The position numbers were made by a program, and so were the translations under genes. Positions 38,270 through 47,926 of a stretch of DNA of 64,000 nucleotides are shown in pieces. Positions within the stretch are counted from its first letter, which is position 1, and each line of letters opens with the position of its first letter. The notes beneath the pieces were generated by a model. The model saw nothing but the letters and a program-made list of their open reading frames with translations, did not search any database and was not told where the DNA came from. The DNA is from Gammaproteobacteria bacterium (lineage in GTDB: Bacteria > Pseudomonadota > Gammaproteobacteria > Eutrophobiales > Eutrophobiaceae), in assembly GCA_965243105.1 (NCBI GenBank), contig CBDEUC010000003.1, forward strand, positions 972,793 through 1,036,792, given 5' to 3'.

Positions 38270-41200
38270 GATTCGGTCATTTTAAGGGCAAAGTCGTTCA
38301 TCTGATAGATAATTCTGCCATCCACGCTTAAAAACCCCTCGGCATGTAGGGTCTTTGCCCCATCATCAATGGCCGTGATCGAGGCCTGCACGGTGACCTT
38401 CTCGTCCGCGGGAATGATCTGCCCGCGGTATAGCCAGCTGTGTTCCTGCTCAAGGGCCATGCACTGGAACTGGCTGTTCTCATCCTCACTCCAGCGCTCT
38501 ATTGCCACCACTTTCAGCAGCTGCAGAAAGGATTCCAGCCCCAGCGAACCCGGCCATACCGGGTCCTGGTAAAAGTGTGCCTTGAAGAACCAGGCATCGG
38601 GGTTTACCTCGGCCGTGCCCCTGATGAAACCCAGGCCATGGGGGCCACCGCTGGCATCGAAGCATTCGACCTGTCCCACCATGCGCATTTGATCATCCGG
38701 GTAAGGCGCCGCGCTGGGATAGGTAAATCGACTGGCCCGTGCCTGCTCTTCATCACCCGGTTCATAGGGTGTCACATCGCGAATACCCACCTGGTCTGCC
38801 AGTGCCGCCTTTGAAAAGAAACCAAAGTAGGTATCACCCACGTACACCAGGCCGTCACCGTTACTCACGGCAAAGTCATAGTTCTGGATAATCATGCCGC
38901 CGGAAAGCGCGACATTGGTGATCTTCACTTTAATACTGAGCGTGCCGCAGTCCGGGTTCACTGCCTGCAATTGCTTTGCCTTGCCACCCAGGTTTCGAAA
39001 GGACATATCGATATCGCTGGTGAGCGCCGAGCCAAGGTAAGCGGCGAGCCAGCCGCAGGGCTGCAGGGCAATTTCCAGCAGCACGGAAAACGGCATGCTG
39101 TGCTGCCTGTCAGCCTCGAAGTACCAGGCATCGACGGGCACGTCATATTCACCCACGATGGTGCCGCCGGCTTTTAGCTGCCACTGCTCGCAATCCTCGA
39201 TGGATACAATACGGTCAAGAAACTGGAACGGCGGTCCGGGCAGGCGCGCGATAATTCTTTCATCATCAAACACGCGGTAACGATCGCCAAATGCCTCGGA
39301 TGGCTTGCCCACGGCAAAGGCATTGATGGAGGCGTAATCAAACAGCACCGGTCTTGCAGTTTCTTCAACGGCGCCCGCCCGCTTCGCCCAGCGTGCCTCG
39401 ATGCGTGCACGGTCAAGGCCTGTCAGCTGTAGCGACATGTTGCTCATCTGCACAATGGCGCGACCATCGGCAGACATCAGTGCATCGGCAATAACATAGG
39501 GCACACCATCACCATCCCGGTAGCCGATCTCCTTGATGCTTATCTGGTACTCGACCTTGCTGGTGCTCGCCAGCACCTGTCCGCGGCACTTGAGCTTGCT
39601 GGTCACTTCCTGCACCGGTTCATAAACAAACTCGCTGACTTCACCCACCCAGCCCATGCGTAGCAGGTACACTCGAAGCGTGTGCAGGCAGCATTCGTAC
39701 ATCAGGGTACCGGGCATCACCTGGTCATCCATGAAGTGACAGGTGATAAACCAGTCATCCTCGTGAATGTCCGCCTCACCGGTGATCATACCGAGACCAT
39801 AGCGACCACCCTGTGGCTCAAGGGAAAGAATGCGGTGCACCAGGGTCATGCGTCCACCGGGTAAGCCCATGGCATCATTCAATGACAGCTGTTCAAACAC
39901 GCCGCCAAAGCAGGTGGCAAGATCACCTTTTCTCAGGGCATCAAGCTGCGCATCGCTGTAACTTTCTTCCTGCATGGCAAGTGGCATGGACCAGTTTTCA
40001 CTGGTCTTACCCGCCACCGGCTTTTGCTCAAGACTGGTAAGCACGATACCGCGTCCCGCATCGAGCTCCGCCTGGCTGAAGAAACCGGCACAACCGTTGC
40101 GCATGGTAATGAGCTTTTCGCCATTGACGGTACCGTCAAAGTGAAAACGAAACAGCCAGGTATCTCCCTGTCGAAAGAAGTGATCAATATGTATGTCGTA
40201 GTGAATCACCTGGCCGGCGTGGGGCAGTGACCCGTGAAAACAGACTTCCGCATCCAGCAGGCGATAAACCGCGAGCCCCTTTGTTTCAAGGTCAATGCCG
40301 AGGTAACCGGACAGGAAGAGATCCGCCTGCCCTGCTTCAACAGCAATACAGGTGGGGATCCTGCCCGCATCAAGGTACCAGGCACCTTCAAGCACATCAT
40401 GTTCGGTCACCACCCTGCCGTGGGTCATCGATGCCGCTTCCCCTTCCACCTCGATAATGCGATCAACCAGCATCAGCGGTTCATCGGGTAAACGTACACG
40501 GGTGGGATAACTGTCCACCTCGGCAAAGCGGGGCCCAAGCATTTTTGCAATGGAGCCAATGGCGTACTCCATGCACATGTCGCGATCAAAGGCGACGTCC
40601 CTCGGAGTTGCCTGCGCCGGTGCCGTGACGCTGTTGATATTGAAGTCTGCCGGTGCATCCTGCAGCAGCTGCATCTGCGTGGAAATGGCCTGGCTCATGG
40701 CCTGGTTAATTCCGTTGGCAACACGCAGGAAGGCTTCTTCCGCCTCGGCCCGCGCTGCCTCGGTGGCAGCAAGCTGGTCAATCATCAGTGACATGGTATC
40801 CAGCTGCCTGTCGAGCCCCGGGTGCGCAATGACCTCGGCCGTGCTTACCTGCGCGCTTTCCACGCTGGCAGGCTGCGCCTGCTTTTTACGCGGCAGGGGT
40901 ATGTTCAATGCCTGCTTGCCCACCTCGATGGCAAGGGAGTTTCCACTCGCCACGGCCTTATCCTCGTACTCGTACAGTGCAGACAGGTCCAGCTGCACCC
41001 CTTCACTGTTCAACATCGCCAGTATGCGCAGCACGTTACCCACATCGCTTTGCCCGGCTACGCAGGCAGAACGTGCACGGTGGGGTTTGTCGCCGAGTAT
41101 TCGCCCGATCATGCGAGAGCAGCTTGCACCCGGACCCATTTCAATAAAGAGTCGAACACCGTCATTCCAGGCGGCATTCACAAGCCTGGTGTAATCAAAG

Positions 41201-44200
41201 GTCTGCAGGGCCTGCTGCGTAATGGACTCTGCCGCGCTTTCCCGGTTTAACTGGTAGTGGCTTCCGGCCACGCCGCTGTAAAAGCTGACTCCTTCCGGCG
41301 GTGTCGTGTCAAACAGGTGCAGTTCGCGGTAGGCATCTTCTACCGGTTTAACCACTTCACAATGCACCGTGGTGACACCCTCAAGGGGATGAAAGCCGCA
41401 GCCCATGTCGCTGACAAGTTCCGCCACTGCCGCGCGGTTTCCGCCGATAACACATTCACCCGGCGTGTTAACGATAAGCAGGTAAACGCGTTCCCTGCCC
41501 TGCAGTGCCTCGCGCACATCATCCACGGAGCGATCAACAACGCCAAGCTGCCAGTCAACCTCTTCACTTTCGTCGAGACCCCACACCTGCCTGGCCGCTT
41601 CGCAGTTGCCGCCGAGGTCATGGGTAAACAAGCGCGTTTCCTGCATGCGCTTTAGCATGAGGTCGCGGTCAGCCCAGCTTCGCGTAGCGAACAGGCCAAC
41701 GGTCTCACCAAGACAGTAACCGATCACCGCATCAGGCTTCACACCGAAACCGGCGATAACGTCAGAGACCATGGCTCCCAGCCACACCTGTCCAAAAATA
41801 TAATCCTCGTGGGAGAAGCCTTTCGTATTCTCCCTTGTCCAGAAACGGGAATGGGCAAACTGGCTACCCAGCTTCTCGTTTTCCTCGTCCAGCCGGGCCA
41901 GCACCTGCGGCCAGCGACGACTCATTTCCGTGCCCATACCCATGAAGTGACTACCGGAACCGGGAAAAACAAACGCGACCTTTCCGTCCCTGGCCAGTGG
42001 CTCGGTTGAGTAAAACATGTTGTCCATGTTAATCGCTTCTTCGGCTTCAATTTTTCCCTGCGCCTGTTTCAGCAGCAGCACAAGTTCATTTATAGAAGCA
42101 CTCACGATACTGAGAGCAAACTCACCATCGCTATTGTCTTTTTCGTTTTTCCACCACTGTTTCGCCAGGCCGTGAATATCACCCTCGTACTCAGCAGCCA
42201 TGGCACGAAGCGCCTGGGTCCTGTCTACCAGGCTGTACCTGTCCCTGCCACGCAGGCAGAAAAGTGCTTCAGTGGAATTCGGCGGCTCAGCGCCCTGCGA
42301 TGATTGCTTTTGCGTTGCACCTTCAAGTACTACATGTCGATACTGTCCATCCCTTCCCGAAGCAGACACTAGCGCATGACGTTCACCCTCACTCCTGTCC
42401 CTTAACCAGTATTGTCCCGCACCCGGGCTGAATAATTCTTCACTGCCGGCTTCAACTGCCGGTGATGAGGAACCTGAGTGGGGGATGAGCTGGTGATGCA
42501 GGGCAAGACAGGCTTCAGCCAGTGAAACCATTCCCGCGGCGGCACCGCTTTCACCCACGTGGGCGCCAGTATTCACAACCGCCGTCGCCACGCCCTGTGT
42601 TGAAGACCTTACAGTCTCCTCAATAATCCCTGCCTCTGCTGCAGACAGTGGATCCTGTGTCAGCACCAGCCCCACCGAAGCATTGCCGGCTTTCCCGTCT
42701 TCAAGGCAACGCTCAAGGGAATTCTTAAAAGCAGAGTGCGCCTTATCTTTCGCAGGTTCAGAGGATGCGGCACCGGTACCTTTTATGTACGCATAAACCC
42801 GGTCACCGTCTCTTTCAGCATCGCCTGCGCGTTTCAATACAACAGCGGCGGCACCTTCGCCGACAACCCCCTGCTCCGGTAACATTCGAATATCACTGGC
42901 TATGTCCACTGCACCGACGATTGCGAGGTCGATGTCGCCTCTTTTCAGGGAACGCACTGCAGTCTCGACGCTGGACAGGCCGGAAGTGTCTTCACTGGAC
43001 ACGGTGAAACTCGGACCACCCGCTTCAAAGGCGCGGGCAATACGGCTGGCGACAATACCGCCGAGTCCACCCATGGTGCGATTGGCATTCATTTCCGGCC
43101 ACACCGCGTCACGTAATTCATCTACCCAGTTTTCAAGCTCGCCTTCACCGAGATCGAGATCCAGCTGCCTTGCCCACTCCCTCGCCGCCGGCAACATTTG
43201 CCAGCGCAGGTGAAAGTTGGTGGTACTCAAATCCTGCGCAATACCGATGTACACCCCGGCCCGTTTGAAGATATCCGCCTGGTTGCTGTCTATGGCCGCA
43301 TCGTCAATGGCGCGGGCTGCCACCATCAGCATCAGCAGCTGCTGTGGCAGCATGTCCTTTAACTCGTTGGGTGGAATGCGAAAACGCCCAAGCGGAAAAT
43401 CCAGCTGCTCAAGGCAATAGCCCTCGAGATCCCTGTGCTCACCCCAGGTATTGCTCACCCGGCCCGGTGCCAGACCGGCGTCGTGGAAAATTCGCTGCCT
43501 GAATGCGGCGAGATCTTTCCAGGGACCAAGGCTGGTATCGAGGCCCACCACAGCGATGCTTTCTTCCTGCTCCGTGGAAAAGGCAGCCCGGATCTCTAAT
43601 GTTTTTTCGCCACGCCATTCCTGTAGCAACACGTGGGCATTGATGCCGCCAAAGCCAAAGGCGCTGATGGCGGCGCGTCTTGGTTTATCCTTCAACGTTT
43701 CCCAGGGTCTTGCTTTAGAGAGCACCGTGAAAGGACTATCGTCCAGGTCAACTCCCGCTTCGGAAAAGTTTGCCGTGGGCGGCAACTGTTTTTCCTGCAT
43801 GGCCAGCAGCACCTTGATCAGGCCTGCAGCACCGGCGGCTGTGAGCAGGTGCCCGATGTTGCTTTTTACTGAACCGATCACGCAGTCTTTCTCATTGCGC
43901 CTGTCGCCCCACAGGGTACAAAGACTGTTGAATTCAACTGCATCACCCACCGGTGTGCCGGTACCGTGACACTCAATAAGATCCACGTCGGATGGATCCC
44001 ACTCGGCCTTTTCGTAGGCCGCATGCATGGCCCGCAGCTGCCCTTCCGAGTCCGGTGACATGAGGTTGCCCTCGATGTCATTGGAAAGCCCGGCGCTTTC
44101 CACCGTGGCATAAATATGATCGCCATGGGCAATGGCGTCTTCCAGCCGCTTTATCAGCAGCATGCCGCAGCCTTCACCCACCACCAGGCCATCGCCTTTC

Positions 44201-44937
44201 CTGTCAAAGGGTGAACAGTGTCCGCTGGCGGACACCGCGTGCAGCGCGGAAAAACCCATTTGCGTATACAGTGCATCGGGCCGTGACAGGCCGCCGCAGA
44301 GCATGGCATCGGCTCGCCCGGAGACGAGTTCATCCACCGCGTACTTCAGCGCATAGAGCGAGGAGGCGCAGGCCGCATCAAGGGTGTAGGCGACACCACC
44401 AATACCCAGGCCGCGGGCAAGAATGGACACCGGCAGGCCGGCCACGTAGCGGTTGTCTGGATGTGTTCGTTCCCGGGATTTGCTGCTGCCCAGCAGATGT
44501 TTTTCTATGATGGGCAGGATGGTTTCATCGGCAATGGCAGAGGCCGCATCGGTGGGCAGCGCGATGTTGCCGATGATGCTGCCAACACGGCTAAGGTCCA
44601 GCGTTCCTGTCTGACCATCGCGCCAGGCCTGGTTGGCCGCATGTAGCAGCAGCTGCACCATGGGATCAAGTGCAGCCACGTAGTCCATGTCGAGATTGAG
44701 ACCGTCGAGCTTCGGTGTAAAACCATCAACGAAGCAGGCACGCCGGGAATAGGTTTTATCTTTTTGAAATTCCCCTGCCTGGTAAACATCATCAAGGTCC
44801 AGCAGCCAGCGCCCGGCGGGGGGCTCGCGCGAGCAATCCTTCGCCGCCAGGATGTTCTCCCAGTAGCTTTGAAGGTCGTTGGCACCGGGAAAGACGCCAC
44901 CGATTCCAACTATTGCAATGCCTTGATTCTTATCCAC
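38266..44937 (-). CDS. PUFA-synthase PfaB/C-type fusion: KS-CLF-AT-(DH'-DH)x2
   Basis: KS motifs DAACASS, HGTGT, GHLLTAAG; chain-length factor lacking the Cys; AT with FVFPG and GYCLGE; FabA-like DH motifs CHF.DD.VMPG and AHF..DPVWPGSLG, each preceded by a pseudo-DH. Confidence 0.9.
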   Translation of the reverse strand: MDKNQGIAIVGIGGVFPGANDLQSYWENILAAKDCSREPPAGRWLLDLDDVYQAGEFQKDKTYSRRACFVDGFTPKLDGLNLDMDYVAALDPMVQLLLHAANQAWRDGQTGTLDLSRVGSIIGNIALPTDAASAIADETILPIIEKHLLGSSKSRERTHPDNRYVAGLPVSILARGLGIGGVAYTLDAACASSLYALKYAVDELVSGRADAMLCGGLSRPDALYTQMGFSALHAVSASGHCSPFDRKGDGLVVGEGCGMLLIKRLEDAIAHGDHIYATVESAGLSNDIEGNLMSPDSEGQLRAMHAAYEKAEWDPSDVDLIECHGTGTPVGDAVEFNSLCTLWGDRRNEKDCVIGSVKSNIGHLLTAAGAAGLIKVLLAMQEKQLPPTANFSEAGVDLDDSPFTVLSKARPWETLKDKPRRAAISAFGFGGINAHVLLQEWRGEKTLEIRAAFSTEQEESIAVVGLDTSLGPWKDLAAFRQRIFHDAGLAPGRVSNTWGEHRDLEGYCLEQLDFPLGRFRIPPNELKDMLPQQLLMLMVAARAIDDAAIDSNQADIFKRAGVYIGIAQDLSTTNFHLRWQMLPAAREWARQLDLDLGEGELENWVDELRDAVWPEMNANRTMGGLGGIVASRIARAFEAGGPSFTVSSEDTSGLSSVETAVRSLKRGDIDLAIVGAVDIASDIRMLPEQGVVGEGAAAVVLKRAGDAERDGDRVYAYIKGTGAASSEPAKDKAHSAFKNSLERCLEDGKAGNASVGLVLTQDPLSAAEAGIIEETVRSSTQGVATAVVNTGAHVGESGAAAGMVSLAEACLALHHQLIPHSGSSSPAVEAGSEELFSPGAGQYWLRDRSEGERHALVSASGRDGQYRHVVLEGATQKQSSQGAEPPNSTEALFCLRGRDRYSLVDRTQALRAMAAEYEGDIHGLAKQWWKNEKDNSDGEFALSIVSASINELVLLLKQAQGKIEAEEAINMDNMFYSTEPLARDGKVAFVFPGSGSHFMGMGTEMSRRWPQVLARLDEENEKLGSQFAHSRFWTRENTKGFSHEDYIFGQVWLGAMVSDVIAGFGVKPDAVIGYCLGETVGLFATRSWADRDLMLKRMQETRLFTHDLGGNCEAARQVWGLDESEEVDWQLGVVDRSVDDVREALQGRERVYLLIVNTPGECVIGGNRAAVAELVSDMGCGFHPLEGVTTVHCEVVKPVEDAYRELHLFDTTPPEGVSFYSGVAGSHYQLNRESAAESITQQALQTFDYTRLVNAAWNDGVRLFIEMGPGASCSRMIGRILGDKPHRARSACVAGQSDVGNVLRILAMLNSEGVQLDLSALYEYEDKAVASGNSLAIEVGKQALNIPLPRKKQAQPASVESAQVSTAEVIAHPGLDRQLDTMSLMIDQLAATEAARAEAEEAFLRVANGINQAMSQAISTQMQLLQDAPADFNINSVTAPAQATPRDVAFDRDMCMEYAIGSIAKMLGPRFAEVDSYPTRVRLPDEPLMLVDRIIEVEGEAASMTHGRVVTEHDVLEGAWYLDAGRIPTCIAVEAGQADLFLSGYLGIDLETKGLAVYRLLDAEVCFHGSLPHAGQVIHYDIHIDHFFRQGDTWLFRFHFDGTVNGEKLITMRNGCAGFFSQAELDAGRGIVLTSLEQKPVAGKTSENWSMPLAMQEESYSDAQLDALRKGDLATCFGGVFEQLSLNDAMGLPGGRMTLVHRILSLEPQGGRYGLGMITGEADIHEDDWFITCHFMDDQVMPGTLMYECCLHTLRVYLLRMGWVGEVSEFVYEPVQEVTSKLKCRGQVLASTSKVEYQISIKEIGYRDGDGVPYVIADALMSADGRAIVQMSNMSLQLTGLDRARIEARWAKRAGAVEETARPVLFDYASINAFAVGKPSEAFGDRYRVFDDERIIARLPGPPFQFLDRIVSIEDCEQWQLKAGGTIVGEYDVPVDAWYFEADRQHSMPFSVLLEIALQPCGWLAAYLGSALTSDIDMSFRNLGGKAKQLQAVNPDCGTLSIKVKITNVALSGGMIIQNYDFAVSNGDGLVYVGDTYFGFFSKAALADQVGIRDVTPYEPGDEEQARASRFTYPSAAPYPDDQMRMVGQVECFDASGGPHGLGFIRGTAEVNPDAWFFKAHFYQDPVWPGSLGLESFLQLLKVVAIERWSEDENSQFQCMALEQEHSWLYRGQIIPADEKVTVQASITAIDDGAKTLHAEGFLSVDGRIIYQMNDFALKMTES

Positions 44938-45094
44938 TTTTGATATTTTTGCGACGGGGTCGGCAAGTCTAGCGGGATCGGGCAGCGGAGACCATGGTTT
45001 TTTTGGATTTTAAAGTACAATACACCCTGCCCGGCGTAAGCCCGGGCCACAAAATAAGTTATCAATACCCCGTTTAATAACTGAGAACACCGAG

Positions 45095-45730
45095 ATGATT
45101 AATTTATATGGTTACCCGCAGACACGCTCCCGTCGCATCACCTGGATGCTGGAAGAAACGGGCGCGGAGTACGAATTCAAGCTGGTTGATTTCAACAAGG
45201 GCGAATCCCAGTCAGACTGGTTCCTGGCTATCAACCCCGCCGGCAAGGTGCCGGCCATGACAGATGGTGATCTCCTTCTGACAGAATCCGCGGCCATCAT
45301 TAACTACATCGGTGACAAGTTCCCGGGATCGGGACTCATCCCCGCCGCCGGTACCCCGGAGCGTGGGCTCTACGACCAGTGGTGTTACTTTGCCATGACC
45401 GAGCTGGAACAGCCCCTGTGGACCCAGGGCAAGCATCGCTTCGCACTACCCAAGGAACACCGCGTACCGGAAATCATGGAGACCGCCTCATGGGAATTCC
45501 AGAAAGCGCTGGGCCTGCTGGAGCAGGGTCTTGGAAGTAATGACTACATACTCGGCGACAAGTTTAGCGCGGCGGACATACTGCTGACCCATACCCTTAT
45601 CTGGGGCATTAACTTTAAGAACGAGGTTAAACAGGAAAACCTGCTGGCCTATGTTGAGCGAAATCGCGGCCGTGACGCACTGGCGCGTGCCATCGAGAGG
45701 GAAGAAGCTTCCCTTCCCCAGGAATCATGA
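45095..45730 (+). CDS. Glutathione S-transferase
   Basis: RS.R..W.LEE, INP.GKVP, ES.AI..Y, FSAADI. Confidence 0.92.
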   Translation: MINLYGYPQTRSRRITWMLEETGAEYEFKLVDFNKGESQSDWFLAINPAGKVPAMTDGDLLLTESAAIINYIGDKFPGSGLIPAAGTPERGLYDQWCYFAMTELEQPLWTQGKHRFALPKEHRVPEIMETASWEFQKALGLLEQGLGSNDYILGDKFSAADILLTHTLIWGINFKNEVKQENLLAYVERNRGRDALARAIEREEASLPQES

Positions 45731-45750
45731 GCAACGGGAGTTAAGCGGTT

Positions 45751-46500
45751 ATGGCCAAGCATAAAGACAGGGTGGCTGTAGTCACCGGCGGCGCAAGGGG
45801 TCTCGGGCAGGCCATCTGTCAACGCCTTGCAAATGAAGGCGCACGCATTGCCATCGCTGATATTCTCGATGCCTCGGAAACGGTCGCGCTCACCGGTCTT
45901 GATGAATCCCGTATCCTGCAGGCAAAGTGCGATACCACCTCTGCCGATGACATTGCCGCTTTTCAAAAACAAGTGGAAGAAACTTTTGGTGGCTGTGACA
46001 TCCTTGTTCACTCCGCCGGTATCTGGCCGCCCTGCTCCTTTGATGAAATGGATTTTGAACAGTGGCGACGTGTGCTCAACGTTAACCTTGATTCCGCCTT
46101 TCTTCTTTGCAAGGCCTTTATCCCGGGCATGAAAGAAAAAGGCTGGGGACGAGTTATCAGCATGTCTTCAAACACCTTTCACGTGGCGCCACCGGGACTG
46201 TCTCACTACGTGGCAAGCAAGGGTGGACTGATCGGCCTGCACCGAGTACTTGCCGCGGAGTACGCAGAATTTGGTATCACCGCCAACACCATTGCACCGA
46301 TGCTGACACGAACACCCGGTGCAGAGGAGTACTTTGGTGCCGACAACGCCATGTTTGAGGTGGTACTTGAGTGGCAGGATATAAAGCGGCCCGCTGAAGC
46401 CGGTGATATTGTCGGTGCAGTTTCCTTTCTTGCTTCCGATGACAGCGCGTTTATCACCGGCCAGACCATCCCCGTAGATGGCGGCACTGTCAAAGTCTAG
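45751..46500 (+). CDS. Short-chain dehydrogenase/reductase
   Basis: TGGARGLG, YVASKGG, ITGQTIPVDGG. Confidence 0.92.
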   Translation: MAKHKDRVAVVTGGARGLGQAICQRLANEGARIAIADILDASETVALTGLDESRILQAKCDTTSADDIAAFQKQVEETFGGCDILVHSAGIWPPCSFDEMDFEQWRRVLNVNLDSAFLLCKAFIPGMKEKGWGRVISMSSNTFHVAPPGLSHYVASKGGLIGLHRVLAAEYAEFGITANTIAPMLTRTPGAEEYFGADNAMFEVVLEWQDIKRPAEAGDIVGAVSFLASDDSAFITGQTIPVDGGTVKV

Positions 46501-46532
46501 TAGTACATCGTTCGAAAACCTTAACAACCAGC

Positions 46533-47111
46533 ATGGGTAACGAAACCAGTCTCGACCTGTATTTTTTCCTGATGATATTGCTGTCCATCATCATTGGACT
46601 GGGTGTCACTGAAATTCTCTCCGGGTTTGCCAGTGTATTACGCAGTGAAAAGCTCAGGGAATTTTGCCTTCCCCATGCTGCTACCGTGCTGACACTTTTT
46701 ATCGCCCTGCTGCAGTACTTCTGGGAGACCTGGTCTTTACGCATGATCGAAGAGTGGACCTTTCCCGCGTTAACGCTGATGCTGATTGCGCCGATCCTGC
46801 TTTACCTCATCGCGCACCTGCTTTTCCCGGACCAGCCGGCTGGAATAAACCTGACGGATTATTACTACGAGAAGGCTTCGCTGATCTGGACGCTTGCCTG
46901 TCTCACGATCCTGGCCGGGGTGTTGTTCAGGCCACTGGCTTTTGATATGCCTCTGTTGGTGCGGGACAACCTTTCCTCTGCAATAAACCTCGCCGCTGCT
47001 ATCGCCCTCGCACTGAGCAGCAATCGTTGGCTACATCGCATCCTCGTGCCGGTGGGAGCCCTGCTTGTTATTCTTGATACACTCGTTATTTCATATTTTA
47101 TAAGCCAGTAA
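46533..47111 (+). CDS. Hypothetical multi-pass membrane protein
   Basis: About six hydrophobic helices; LSII.GLG.TE.L and L.DYY patterns; fits the operon spacing. Confidence 0.7.
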   Translation: MGNETSLDLYFFLMILLSIIIGLGVTEILSGFASVLRSEKLREFCLPHAATVLTLFIALLQYFWETWSLRMIEEWTFPALTLMLIAPILLYLIAHLLFPDQPAGINLTDYYYEKASLIWTLACLTILAGVLFRPLAFDMPLLVRDNLSSAINLAAAIALALSSNRWLHRILVPVGALLVILDTLVISYFISQ

Positions 47112-47113
47112 GA

Positions 47114-47926
47114 ATGGGACAGACAGGAATCATTGACCGGTACATGAACGTACCGGCACTGGTAAAGCTTGATGCCGGGCAGGCCTGCGTGTTCAGCTGT
47201 GCTTCCCCGGTCAAGTTTACCGGTAACGAGGACTGTGGTGCGGTATACCCGGGGCTCAATGGTGATTGCCTGCTGGTGGTGGCAGATGGCATCGGCGGCT
47301 ACGCCAATGGTGCAAGGGCCTCCATGCATGTCACCACGGCACTGGAAAAAAGTATCAGTCTTAATGCACCGATAGGGGAGCGACTGGAACACATTTCACA
47401 GTCGCTGCAAAAGGCGAACGAGGAAATCATCCAGCGTAATACCGGCGAGGGCACCACGGTTGCCCTGGTTCACGTGGATAACGAACAGATTCACACCTGC
47501 CACGCCGGTGACTCGGACATCCTTTTGATCAGCCGCGAGGGCGAAGTTAAGTACAAGACCCTGGCCCATTCCCCGGTGGCCGAAGCGCAGGAAATGGGAT
47601 TGATCGATGAACACGCGGCAATACATCACCAGGGACGGAATTTTATCTCCAACTACCTGGGCGATCATGAAATGTTCCTGGCCATGAGCGAGGGCATTGA
47701 CTACGAAAAATCCGACACCCTGCTACTGGCCAGTGATGGCCTTTTTGATAATCTCTACCAGGACGAGATAATTAAAATTGCCATGAAAGAAAATCTCGCC
47801 AACGCCGCGGCACAGCTGGCGGACCTGGCAAGAGAGCGAATGAAGGGCCTGGACCCTGCCCTGCCATCAAAACCCGATGACCTTACCTTTGTACTTTTTC
47901 GTGCCGAGCAGGGACTGGATAGCTAA
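47114..47926 (+). CDS. PP2C/PPM-family protein phosphatase
   Basis: NED, VADG.GG, GTT, HAGDS, LASDGL.D, DD.T motifs. Confidence 0.88.
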   Translation: MGQTGIIDRYMNVPALVKLDAGQACVFSCASPVKFTGNEDCGAVYPGLNGDCLLVVADGIGGYANGARASMHVTTALEKSISLNAPIGERLEHISQSLQKANEEIIQRNTGEGTTVALVHVDNEQIHTCHAGDSDILLISREGEVKYKTLAHSPVAEAQEMGLIDEHAAIHHQGRNFISNYLGDHEMFLAMSEGIDYEKSDTLLLASDGLFDNLYQDEIIKIAMKENLANAAAQLADLARERMKGLDPALPSKPDDLTFVLFRAEQGLDS

